A DNA stretch of 64,000 nucleotides, taken from positions 42,532,001 to 42,596,000 of the forward strand of contig OZ336889.1 in assembly GCA_965287045.1 (NCBI GenBank), in the 5' to 3' direction. The translations under genes were made by a program, and so were the position numbers. Position 1 is the stretch's first letter. Each line of letters opens with the position of its first letter. The notes beneath the pieces are model-generated. The model was given only the letters and a program-made list of their open reading frames with translations. It was not told the origin of the DNA and did no database searches. Of the stretch, positions 12,201 through 24,200 are shown piece after piece. The stretch is from Carcharhinus amblyrhynchos (taxonomy: Eukaryota).

Positions 12201-15200
12201 CAGGGGGTGGGTGGGAGGGATGGTGAATGAGCCTGACCCACACGGTTTATTGTTGAGCCAAATGTAATCTTTCTGAAATATGTTCCTCAGGCCCCCAGAG
12301 TGAGAAGAAATTGCAAATCCCCCCTACTCCCAACCACCATCACCCCTCAGTGAGTGGGTTGTACGAGCTGTTTTTAAGGTAATATCTTAAAGTGAGTGAA
12401 AAAACAAAGTGAGGGAATTCTAGATCTTGGTGCTATGCCAGCCAAAAGAGTAACTGCTAATGGCGGAGTGATTAAAATCAGGGATGTTCAGGATACTACA
12501 ATTAGAGATCCCAGAGCGTTATGGCGCTGGAGGAAATAACACAGATAGGGAGAGCCAAAGCTGTGGAGGGGTTTGAAGAATACGATTCTAAAATTAAGGC
12601 ATTTCTTAACTGGGAAACAATAGGCCAGTGAGTAAACTTCACTCAGTATGGTTAGAATGGTGAATTTTCTATCACATAGAAGAGCTGACGCGAATGTCAG
12701 TGTTAGGGGAAGCTCTACAAGACCAAAAGAAATAGAAGGGCCTGCTGATAGGGTCAGGCTCAGGTGAAAAAAAGGCTTTGGAGCAACATAAAATCTTATA
12801 CGGGCCCATTTCTGTTGTAACTTCTATATAAAATCCCACAAATGGAAGCTAACAAGAATAACGCAGAATTTTGGATGAGCTGCTGTTTAGAATATAGGAA
12901 TATAAGAAATAGGAGCAGGAATAGACCATATGGTCCATAAAGCCTGCTTTTCCACTTAATGAGTGGGATTTTCCACTCATGTCAACGAGATGCTGCCCAG
13001 CCAAGAAGAAACGTCCTTAATATTGACAGAGGGCAGATAACCCAGTCCTCCGGCTTCTAATCACAATGCAGAGAACAGAATCTACCCCAATTAGAATACC
13101 ATCCCCTATTACTACCACGTTTTTTCACTCCCCTCCAGAATGGTCCATTCACTCATTGCCTTTCTTGTCATTGCTCCCATCTACACTAGTAGCATGTCTT
13201 CTAAACTATCAGACAATGGTAAAGTGTGATTTCCTCCATCACTGCATTTGTGTTTCCCTTACTTATATGAGTAAATCAGTTCCTGACCATTAAATTACTA
13301 TACTCCAAAGAATTGTGAGCATCTCCTGGATAAAGCATCTCCTGCAATGTCATCACCAGGGCTCTAGTTCAACAGTTTTGAAGTGGTGAATTGGAAGTCA
13401 AAGGAAAGCACAGAAATAGATGAGTTTGGAGGCATTGAAAGCATAGGTGAGGGTTTCGGTGACAGGTGGGTAAAGACGGGTGCTGTTACTGCGGTTGAAA
13501 GGGTCAGTCTTGGTAATGGAGAGGACACAGTTTCAGAAGTTCAGCTCAAGGTTGAATAGCAGGCAGAGCTTGCAAATAATCTTATTGTCCTGAGGTAGTG
13601 GTTGAAAGAATTCGTGCTGAGGGTATAGAGTTTATGCTGTGGGGAGGGTGAGGAGAGAAAAGTAACAGTTCTCAACATTTAGCTGAAGGCACATGGTGCT
13701 CATGCAGAACTGGATGTCAGCTCAGCAGTCTGAGAGCAGAGGGCCAGTGAAGGAATTGAGATGGTGCAAAGGTTAAGGGCTGGATGTCAGTGTGTGTGTA
13801 AAAACTGATCCCATAAATGATGTCATAAAGGAAAAGCATACAACTGAGAAGGTGGAGACGAATCCTTGGGGGAAAATCCCAAAGGTAAATGATGCTCTGG
13901 CTACATCTAGATGGTTTAAAGGGAAACCGAGTATGAAGGCAATCCCACCAAGCTGAACAATGGAGAGTTCTTGAAGGGAGATGGTGTGATTAGTTAGAGA
14001 ACAAGGACACACATGGTCATAATCACAAAGAATGTCATTCATGACCTCAATGATCAGTGGGTTAATGTATAAAGGCCACAGATTCTGCATCATTATCATT
14101 CTGCTTTTAGACACATTGGATCTCAGATCTTTAGCATATCACATACAAAGCCTTTAAAGAGAATACCTGCAAGGCCACTGCTGTGCTGTAAATGTTCCCA
14201 ATTGTGCCATTCTCTGCCTGATGATTCTGTATCTGCTGTATCAGTTTATTCATTGCCAACAGTACATTTGTTCTTCTGTGATTGCTGTACATCCAGGCAT
14301 TATTAGGCATTTTAGAATCATGGACACACTTAAGTGCCAAAACCATCATTGCGTTTGTGTCTATTGTCAAAACAGAGCCAGATTAACCATTTATTTAACC
14401 AATAAAGAAAGTAGTTGCCTCACCTTTGTCAAGGAATTCACATACGAGACAAGAGGCAAATTCAAATTTTGTCCATACTCATCAGCAAGCATCCTTTAAC
14501 CAAGCGTAGCAATTGTACTGGCTTCAGCCTGGCTCATTCAGTAGCACTGGAAGTTCACACCCACTCCCATTTAATTTGAACATTTAATCTAAGCTGACGC
14601 TGAGTGAAGTACTGAGGTGCTATCCTCTAGATATCCAGTTAAAGTTCAATGGTTCAAGAACCCAAAGCAGAACTGGGTGATGAACAGGGTTCCTCCAGGG
14701 TCCTGGCAAATGTTGCTCAAGGAACCACACAAAAAATAAATCGTCCAATTGTGCCTCTCGTTTATATTGTCTGGAGTATATACGCGCAAAATGGCTTCAA
14801 TTGTGTTCATAGAAAATAAAATCTAGTGAGATATATAATGGGCATGATAGAATCAGTACAGTACAGAAGGAGGACATTCAGCCTATTGAATCTGTACTAA
14901 CCACAATCCCACCCAGGCCCTAGCCCCATAATCCCATACATTTACGTCCCCCTGACATTCGGGTCAATTTATCATGGCCAATCACCAACATCTTCGGACT
15001 GTGGGAGGAAACCAGAGTGCCCGGAGAAAACCCATGCATCACCTCTTGTTAAAATTAGCTTGGGATGTTTCTGAAAACTATGATGTAACGTTGTGTGAAA
15101 GTATGTGTTTTTCTTTCGCTTACATGTCTCTGTCACATGTGGACAAGGCAGTGAGGACCACTTTCATCTTAGTCAGAAGGTCATGGATTTAGATCCCATT

Positions 15201-18200
15201 CCAGGGACTTGGGCACAAAAACTAGGCTTTCAGAGGGTGCGCTGAACTGTCAGGTAGAACAAAGCTTGTGTCTGCCTTCTCAGACAGAAGCTCTGGTCTA
15301 CCTGATATTGCAGGACGTCCTCTGTAAAGATTTCATGGCACTATTAGAGGAGGAGCAGAGGATTTCTCTCTGGTCAATACTTAGCCTTCAATAAATGTCA
15401 CTTAAACAGATCATCTGAACGTTCTCTCAATGCTGTTTGTGGGGTATTGCTGTGTGCAAATTGGCCAATGCATTTCCCATACTATGATGTGGAGATGCCG
15501 GCATTGGACTGGGGTAAACACAGTAAGAAGTCTCACAACACCAGGTTAGAGTACAACCAGTTTATTTGATAGTAACCTCACAGCTTTCGCAAGCTCACAC
15601 ACCTGACGAAGGAACACCATTTCCAAAAGCTTGTGAGATTACTATCAAATAAACTGGTTGGACTCTAACCTGGTATTGTGAGACTTCTTACTGTGTTTCC
15701 CATGCTATAACAGTGAATGAGTCTTGAGTGTTTTTTACTGGCTGTAAAGTATTTTGGGATGATGACAGGTCATTGAACACTGCTATGAAAATATTAGTTC
15801 CTTTATTTCCATGGGATAGCATTGAGGTTTTCCCAACGGTTCTACATAAGACATTTTGATGCGTGTTTTTCTGTCACAGCGATCGGGGGAGGGAAGCCCC
15901 AGCTCCCTCACCGAGGGTACAAATTCCAATTGTAACACTTCAACCACAATCAACTAACTCAGTACAAACCGGGACTCAAGTCCACGGCCAACAGAACCAA
16001 CTTTAAAATTATCATAACCCCAAAAATAACACTTTGGAGAACGAAAGTCAATTAGGATGCTCACCAATGTGGTGATGATGGTGCCGATGTGGTGTCAGGC
16101 CCGACAGGATGCCGTGATCTATCCGCACATTATTCACACACAGTGCCAGCACACCTAGACTGTATTGGTAATAGTTGGTCAAAGGGACATGACCATCTGC
16201 GATCACAAGATGAAACAGGCATTAGTATAACAGCATCAACACTGACTGATGTGAAAGAACTGCTGAACCATCAGGAGTCAGGGTTCCTATTGGACTGGCC
16301 CAGTTGAAATACAATTGACCAGAGTCAGGACCAATTAAGACTTTCCTCAATATCCTTGAAAACACAATACTATTCTGATGGACAATAACAGAATATGCAA
16401 CAATACCCAATATATACACTATAACATGCATTGTACCACAACATGCTCAAAAATAATACTTTTAAAATCCTCTCACATCCTCTAAGACTGTATGTTACAA
16501 ACCCCCAACATATTAACATACAGCACCACACAGTATAATATAATGGAACATAAGAGAATGAGAGGTGACCTTATTGAGATGTATAAAATCATGAAGGCTG
16601 AAGGATGAATGCACAGAGGCTTTTTCCCAGGGGAGGGAAATTAAAAACTAGAGGGCATAGATTTAAGGTGAGAGGGGAAAGATTTAAAAGGGACTTGAGG
16701 GGCAACTTCTTCACGCAGAGGTTGGTGCATACATGGAATGAGCTGTCAGAGGAACTGGTTGAGCAGGTTTTGCAGCAACATTTAAAAGCATTTCGATAAA
16801 TACAAGGATGGGGAAGGATTAGCAGGATATGGGCCAAATGTGGGAAAGTGGGACTAGCTGGGAGGGCACCATGGATCTGTTGGGCTGAAGGGCCTGTTTC
16901 CGTGCTGTGTTGCTCTCTGATTCTACACACATGATAGGCTCTATCACAGTGGGTACATTTCTTACAGGCTACTCAACCATCCTCTCATTTCAAGCTTTAT
17001 TTGAGGATCTTCTTCCAACCTTCCCTTTCACCTTTCCCAAAGCTTCCTCCCAACCTAACATCATGAAGATAGTAACGTTAAAAAAATCAAATCAATAAAA
17101 GTATGAAGATGCTTTAGTGAGACCAGACTATTCAGTACACATTTCTCAAGAAACTATAGAAATGATCCCTAAAAGATGCTTTAGTGGTGTAAAGTCAAAG
17201 TATGACCATTTTGATAAACTCCCAAATCTCTCTCTCTCTCTCTCTCTAACAGCTGGGAACATATCACCTCATCTGCACTTTCCTTGCTGCTTGCAAAAAC
17301 AATCAACAGGGGAAAAAGTTTCTTGCTGGGCAAATTCCTGAAGCGAGATACAGGAAAGTTTACTGAGTAAATCTGCTCTCTTCATTGTCATTTTACTCCA
17401 ACGAGGCACGACTGCAACTGTTGGCATCAGAGGACCACAAAAGCCTCTTCTGAGACGACGGCAGTGCTACTGTACATCCATTTCAGTACTGAACGTTAGC
17501 ATGGGTATGCATGTTGATTCACCAGATACAGGTGGGGAGGCGCAGAGTGGCAGTGAAGCATGGCACCATCGCAGAGACTGCACATTGTGCAGATAGCAGA
17601 GAGCAGCTCTTTTTTAAAAGTTCATTCTCTGCATGTGGGCATCGCTGACAAGGTCAACATTTAATCACCATACATAGTTGTCCCTAAGGTTGTGGGTTTT
17701 CTTGAACCACTGGAGGCCATGTAGTAAAAGTGCTTCCAAAGTGTCATTTGGATGGGAGTTCCTGTATTTTTGAACCAGCAACAAAAAAAAGGAACAATGA
17801 TACATTTCCAAGTCAGGTTATTGCCTGGCTTGAAGGTTATAGTCTTCCCACGTGCCTGCTGCCCTAACTTTTCTAGGTGATTGAAGATTCCAATCTAAGC
17901 AGAGGCACAACTGATCAAATAACCCAAATGATTTGGAAATTCCCAGTCGCGTTCTGGTCATTTGTCATCCATGGACTAAAATTGATCAAGGATGGATAAT
18001 ATAGGATACCCCAGGAAACTCAATGAAGACCAATTTCTCAGTGTCAGCTGTGACTCAGTGGGACTACCCTTATATCAGAGTCAAAAGCTTGTGTGTTAAA
18101 TTCCCACAGCACACACTTGACCAAGTAAGGAATGCTGCACTGTTGGAGGTGCTATCTTTCAGATTAGATGTCAAACCAAGAGCCCTGACTGCCTTCTTGC

Positions 18201-21200
18201 TCAGAAGTAAAAGATCACATGGCATTATTCAAAGAAACGCAGAGGATGTCACCTGGTATCATGACCAATATTTGTCCCTCAGGCAACAGTTAGAATAGAT
18301 AACTAGTCATTTATTTTTGATACAGTTTGTGGGAGCTTGCTGTGCATAAATTACATGCTGCATTTTCTACTCTACTACAGCAGCTACAATTCTAAAGTAC
18401 AGCATTAGCTGGAAATCTCTATGGGAAGTCATGAAGTTCAGAAAGGTGATGTATAAACTAAAGCCTCTTTCTCTGTGAAGCACTTTGACTGTGTGGCATT
18501 TTCAAGTCCCAGAAATTGGACAGTTTCTACAAAGAGAGAGTCTGATCCACAAAGCCAGAAATAGTTGAGGCAACAAGTGCAAAAGCAGAACCTCTGGTAA
18601 CAGGTTTTTTTTAATGTGCACAATTTCAGCACTTGCAGAGCCCGTCTCTGTCAGCAGATGGCAGCACTTAGCAGAACAGCACCACCTGGTGGCAGAGCAG
18701 GGTATAGGTCCCACTGAGCATAGACAGACAAGAGCACGCAAACAGACCCACAACACACAGATACACTACTTCTGATACCCCCTCACACACACATATCTGT
18801 CAAAGGGCTGAAAGTACATACTGTTTAAGTGGTTTCTCTCAGCTCTGAGTTCTTTTTTGAGATACGGTACTGCTTTCTCTACGGTAGAGAGACTCAGGCA
18901 GGATGCTCGAAAAGCCAGCAGGTACAGGGCTACCAGGCCTGTGGAGGGTGGCAAACCAGAGGACCTAAGGGAGAGAATTGTGAAGATTTGTCAAGTCTTT
19001 CCCCTCATCGTTAAGCACAGATCTTTAAAGACATTTCACAAATTCCAATTACTCAGCCCCACAGCCTCAAGATGATTGGGACCTTTCCACTGGTAGAACA
19101 AAATGTTTGTGTTACTGGAGCAATGGTCCAGAGGCCTGGATTAATAATGCCGAGGATCTGAGCTTAAATCCCATAGTGAGATTTGGAGAATTCAAAACTA
19201 GGCATTAGTCTTCTCTGCTCCAACGAAAACAACCAAGCCTACACAACATCCCTTCATAACTTAAACGTTCCATCCCAGGCAGCATCCACCTCCTCTGCAA
19301 CTTCTCCAATATCATCATATCCTTCCTATAACGTAGTGACCAGAACTCCACACAGTACTCCAGCTGTGGTCTCACCAAGGGTAAGGAATAGAGGGAGAAG
19401 GAGGTGAGAATAAGAACTGGGGTTATGTATGTTGGGGCATAGCTCCTTTAAGAGAATGGGTCATGTGACTGCAGTGTGGGTTGCAAACCACTGAGTAGGC
19501 AGTCAACATTTGGAGTATGGAGCGAGTAGACTGAATATCTTCTCTGATGCCTGGCGTGGTTCTTGAGGAGACACCTCAGTACTAAGAGATTTAACACGGT
19601 GACAAGGATGGGGATGTTTGATGGTTTGTTAAGTGGAGGACAGGGCATCTTCAACATGGACCATCTGGAGATCCACACTGCGCAGTAAAGAATGAAATCC
19701 TTTGAGGACGGGTAGGACCAAGGGGGTAAGAGGGTATCACGGGAAACAGCAAGTGGATGGAGCCGTCAATGGTTGCAAGTCAGTCTCCATGACTATCACT
19801 GGCATTAGGTTGCAATCGGAGGAAGACTTGGTCAAATGTGGATGTGTTATCCAGGCTGCCATTGCCTTTCAAAAAGAGGTCTCAGACAAGGTGACCCTGA
19901 TCACATATTTTGCATAAGACGATAAGGTACCAATTCCAGCTGCTAAGGTGAAACAAAAGACAAAAAAGGTTTCCATACTGAGTCAAGTAGTCAACCTGGT
20001 CCGCAAGACCGGACAAGTCGACTGAAGGATCCAGAACTGAGACTATATTTAAGTCAAGCGTGGGAATTGTTGGTGCCAGATGGCTGTTTGTTATGGGGCA
20101 CAATGTCATCATTCCCCAGTCCTTGAAGAGGAAAATGTTGGAGCAATTGCACCAAGGGCACCCAGGGAAGGTGTGGATGAAAGAGGTGGCGCATAGCATG
20201 CAGTAATGTGTGGTGGACAAAAGTCAATGCTTACACTGAGGAGAAAGCAGGGTGGGGAAGTAACAATGGGCTGCATCATATCATGGGTTCTTCACTCAGT
20301 ATTTGTATTATATAAAAGAAAAAAAATGTCTAATTGTATGCAAATAGTTTAAGTGTGCTGTTGTTGTTATGCGGATTGCTGTTTAGAGGCAAAGGGTGTT
20401 ATGAATGTTGGGGTAGAGCTCCTTTAAGGAGACACGTCATGTGGCCTGAGGCATGGACTGAGCTGGTTGGGTACCACCCCGAGTGGGCAGTCAATGTTTG
20501 GAGTGTGGAGCAAGTGGACTGAATAAAGATCTCTGATGCCTGGCTGTGGAGTACTCTTGAGGAACAATGAGGAAAGGGTTAGCAGAGACCAAACTACTGG
20601 CCTTAGCAAAATATATTCAGGTGGGGTGGGGATTGTGCATGTTGTTCTGAAGTGAGTTTTCCCTGACAAAGTCACTTTACATTACCTTTCAATTATCCTA
20701 CTTTACCACACTACCCCTTTTGAGGAACTTTTATATTCACAAAGAGAACACTATTACAAGGATTCCCTAACATCAGACAAATGCATTCCCTTCTTTTAAA
20801 AATAGATGCAACTTCACACCTTCCATCTTTAGGAGGCCTCTTCACATCTGCCCAGAGTCTGATAACTGAACTCAAGCTTTCAATATATAACAGGTATCCG
20901 TTCAGGTAGCAAGTTAGGCTCCAGCAAGAACAAATTCCTCCCTGGCCCATTTCCCTGTATTCAATACATCAATAGCTCAAGGAAAATGTGCCCCTCATGT
21001 TACATACCAAAATGTAGTGGCTGAGGCAGAGAACATAGGTACATGGGAATCTAATTAAATGACATGAGGGGAAAGGAACACAAGGGTATGCTGACATGGT
21101 TAGATGAAGTAGGGTGAGGAGAGGATCATGTCAAACATTGCAAGAATGAAAGTGTGTTTATACAGTGCCTTCAAAATGTCCCAAAGCACTTCAAAGGAGA

Positions 21201-24200
21201 GATTATTTAACACAATTTTACACCAAGACCAGAAAGCTATTTGATAAGCGACCAAAAACCTGGTCAAAGACATAAGCTTTAAATAACATCTTAAATAAGA
21301 AGGGGTGGAAAGGGAGGGAAGTTTGGGGAGAGAATTTCAGAGCCTAGGGCCTAGGTGGCTGAAGAGACATCACCATTGGTGGAAAGAAAGAAAAATCAGG
21401 AATTGTCAGGAGGCCTGAAATAGAGGAACACAAATAACTGAAGGTTGTTGGAGGTTACAGAAATTGTGGAGGGGTGAGGCCATGGAGGGATTTGAAAATT
21501 AGATTGGGAACTTTTGAAACCAAGTCACCGCTGGACTAGGAGCCAATCTAAGTTAATGAGCAAAGGGTGAACAGGATTGCTCTGAGTTAGGACACTAACA
21601 GTGGCATTTTAGATGACCTCAAGTTTTTGGAATCGTACGGTATACAGGACCTCACAGTGCAAGAGAAAGGGACCAGCTTGTGGCATTTTTGGTATTAGAC
21701 TGAGTCCACCTACTTGAAGCTTCGGGGTGGGGCCTGGGAGACTGATTACCTGGACAATTTGCCCTGAAGGTCAGTTTTCAGCTTATGTAGGTATTTTCGT
21801 TCATCCTGCAAGCTGTGCTCCGGTGATAATCGGAGGGCAATGTGGACACTGGGATTGGCTGGCAAAGCCGAGATCGTCGATCGCAGGAGATGCACATTTA
21901 GGGACCTGATGGTCTCTTCTGGATTGGCCTGTAGATCTGAATGAAACAGAAAAGGGTGCAAGAGTTTTTATCAGGGGTAATTTCAATGGATTTAATAGCA
22001 AATTAATTTCCATCAATTAGTATACAACAAACCCACCTCCCTCCAATTTTCCTTCATCGTGCATGGCTAGTGTTTTGCACTTGCATCTCTTTAAGATTGA
22101 CAGTTGGCCACACATCTTAAAGAGAATGCTATTTGCGTGCAACCTGTTTATGGGCACACACACTGCTCTGTGCAGGCACATGCAGCAACACACAGTTACA
22201 AGCCTACACACACATATAGATACGTACGCATGCAACTGCACACATGCTCAGAGACAGCTGAACGTGCAAACTCCACATAGTCACCCAAGGCCTGAATCAA
22301 ACCCGGGTTCCTGGTGCCATGAGGCAGCTGCCACTGTGCCACCCAGTTGTTACTTGTTTACCAGCATTTCATCTTTTCTCGAGAATCCTGTGCCCTTGGA
22401 GGAAAGTCAGTTTCACAGCAGTGACATCAGCACCTCAAAAGTGTGGCGAGAACATGCCAAACAAACCCAGCTCTTCTTCATTCAGGACAAAAAACTGCAA
22501 TGAAATGACCCTTATCCCACAGCACAGAAGCTCCTTTCTGATCTAAAGTAGCCAGTTCTCTAGTTGGCTACATGACATGTTGCTTTAAGAAACAATCCCT
22601 ATACACTCTATGAACTTTTCCTCGAAGGTACCATTGCCAAGTTGATTAATCCAATCAATATGCATGTTAAAATCACCTATAATTACTGATGTGCCCTTCT
22701 ATCAAGCCTTCATTATTTCCTAGTTTACACTATGCCCTACTTCGGAATGTGTGTCTTGGGGCCTCAAATTACTCCTACCAAGGAGTTTCTTCCCTTGCTT
22801 TTTACTTCCACCCAGACTGATTCAACATTTTGGTCCCAGTGCCAATATCATTCCTTAATACAGCCTGACGTCATCCCTAACCAATAAAGCAACTCCATCT
22901 CCTGCTTCTTCTCGTCTATCTTTTCAGAATACTGAGTACCTTTGGATGTTTAACTCCCAGTCCTGACTCTCCTGTAACCACGTTTCAGTAATCCCCATAC
23001 TGATGATTTGTATCTATCTGTGCCGTCAGCTCATCAACTTTATTCTGAATATTGCATGCATTTATGTACAAGAATTTTAATAAGTCCTACTGAATTGTCT
23101 TTCACTTCTAACATTTTCTTGTGCTCTATGCTTTCCACACTCTCCATTCTTCTTTATTGATCCCTGATAATACTGAGCCTCTTCTGTCATTTATTCACGT
23201 TTTGATCTTTTATGTTTCCTTCCTTCACTATAATCGCTAGACTAGCCCTGCCTGTTTATGCTATTAACTTCTACCTCCTGCTCACACGCTGGCATACTGC
23301 TTTGGTTCTCACCCTCCGCCCCCCCCAACCCCTTATTAGTTTAAATTCACCTGAGCTGCATGAGCAAACCTCCCCTCCAGAATGTTGGTGCCCCTCCTCT
23401 TAAAAAGTAACCCGTCCTTTTTGCACAGTCCCACCTGCCTTAGAAGATCCCAATGATCCAAAAATCTGAAACCTCCCCCACCCCCCCACACATGTTTAGC
23501 CATGTGTAGAGCTGTAGTATCTTCCTATTCCTTGCCTCATTACCATATGGCATGGGGCTTAACCCCAATATTATAACCCTGGAGGGCTTGTTTATCAACT
23601 TGTGCCCCAGCTCCCTGAACTCTCCTTGCAGGACCTCATCACTTACATTAACCTTTGGCTGTTCACCCTCCTCCTTCACTATGTTCTGAGCACCTTGGTT
23701 CTGTGGTAGCACTCTTGCCTCTTGTGTCAGAGGGTTGTGGCCTCAAGCTCTATCCCATAGGCCTGCGCACAAAATTGTAAAATCTAAGCTGCACTGGCAT
23801 GATCTGGCTTTGATGAACATAATAAGGTCCCTATTTGAAGAGCAAGGGAGATTGTCCATCTATTCGCACCAATTTTTTATCTCCAATCAACTTCACTGAC
23901 AACATTTATCTCACTGCTAGCTGCAGGATTTGGCCTTGCTGACACTGGCTTCTGCTTTTCCCCACGTTACTTCAATGGCAGTGAAGCATTTTAGAATTTT
24001 GGGATTGGGAAAGGTACTATTTAAACGCTAGGTTTTTTTCCTCTCAGAGCCTTCATATTGTTAATTATAAGCTCTCCCATCTTGGAGGATTTAAAGCCTT
24101 TAATATATTCAAAGTGTAGCCTTGTTTGTTTGTGTCGGCAGATTAGATTCTCAAGCATCAAAACTTGCCTTTCTTATTAGAATTGATTCTTTAATACCAT

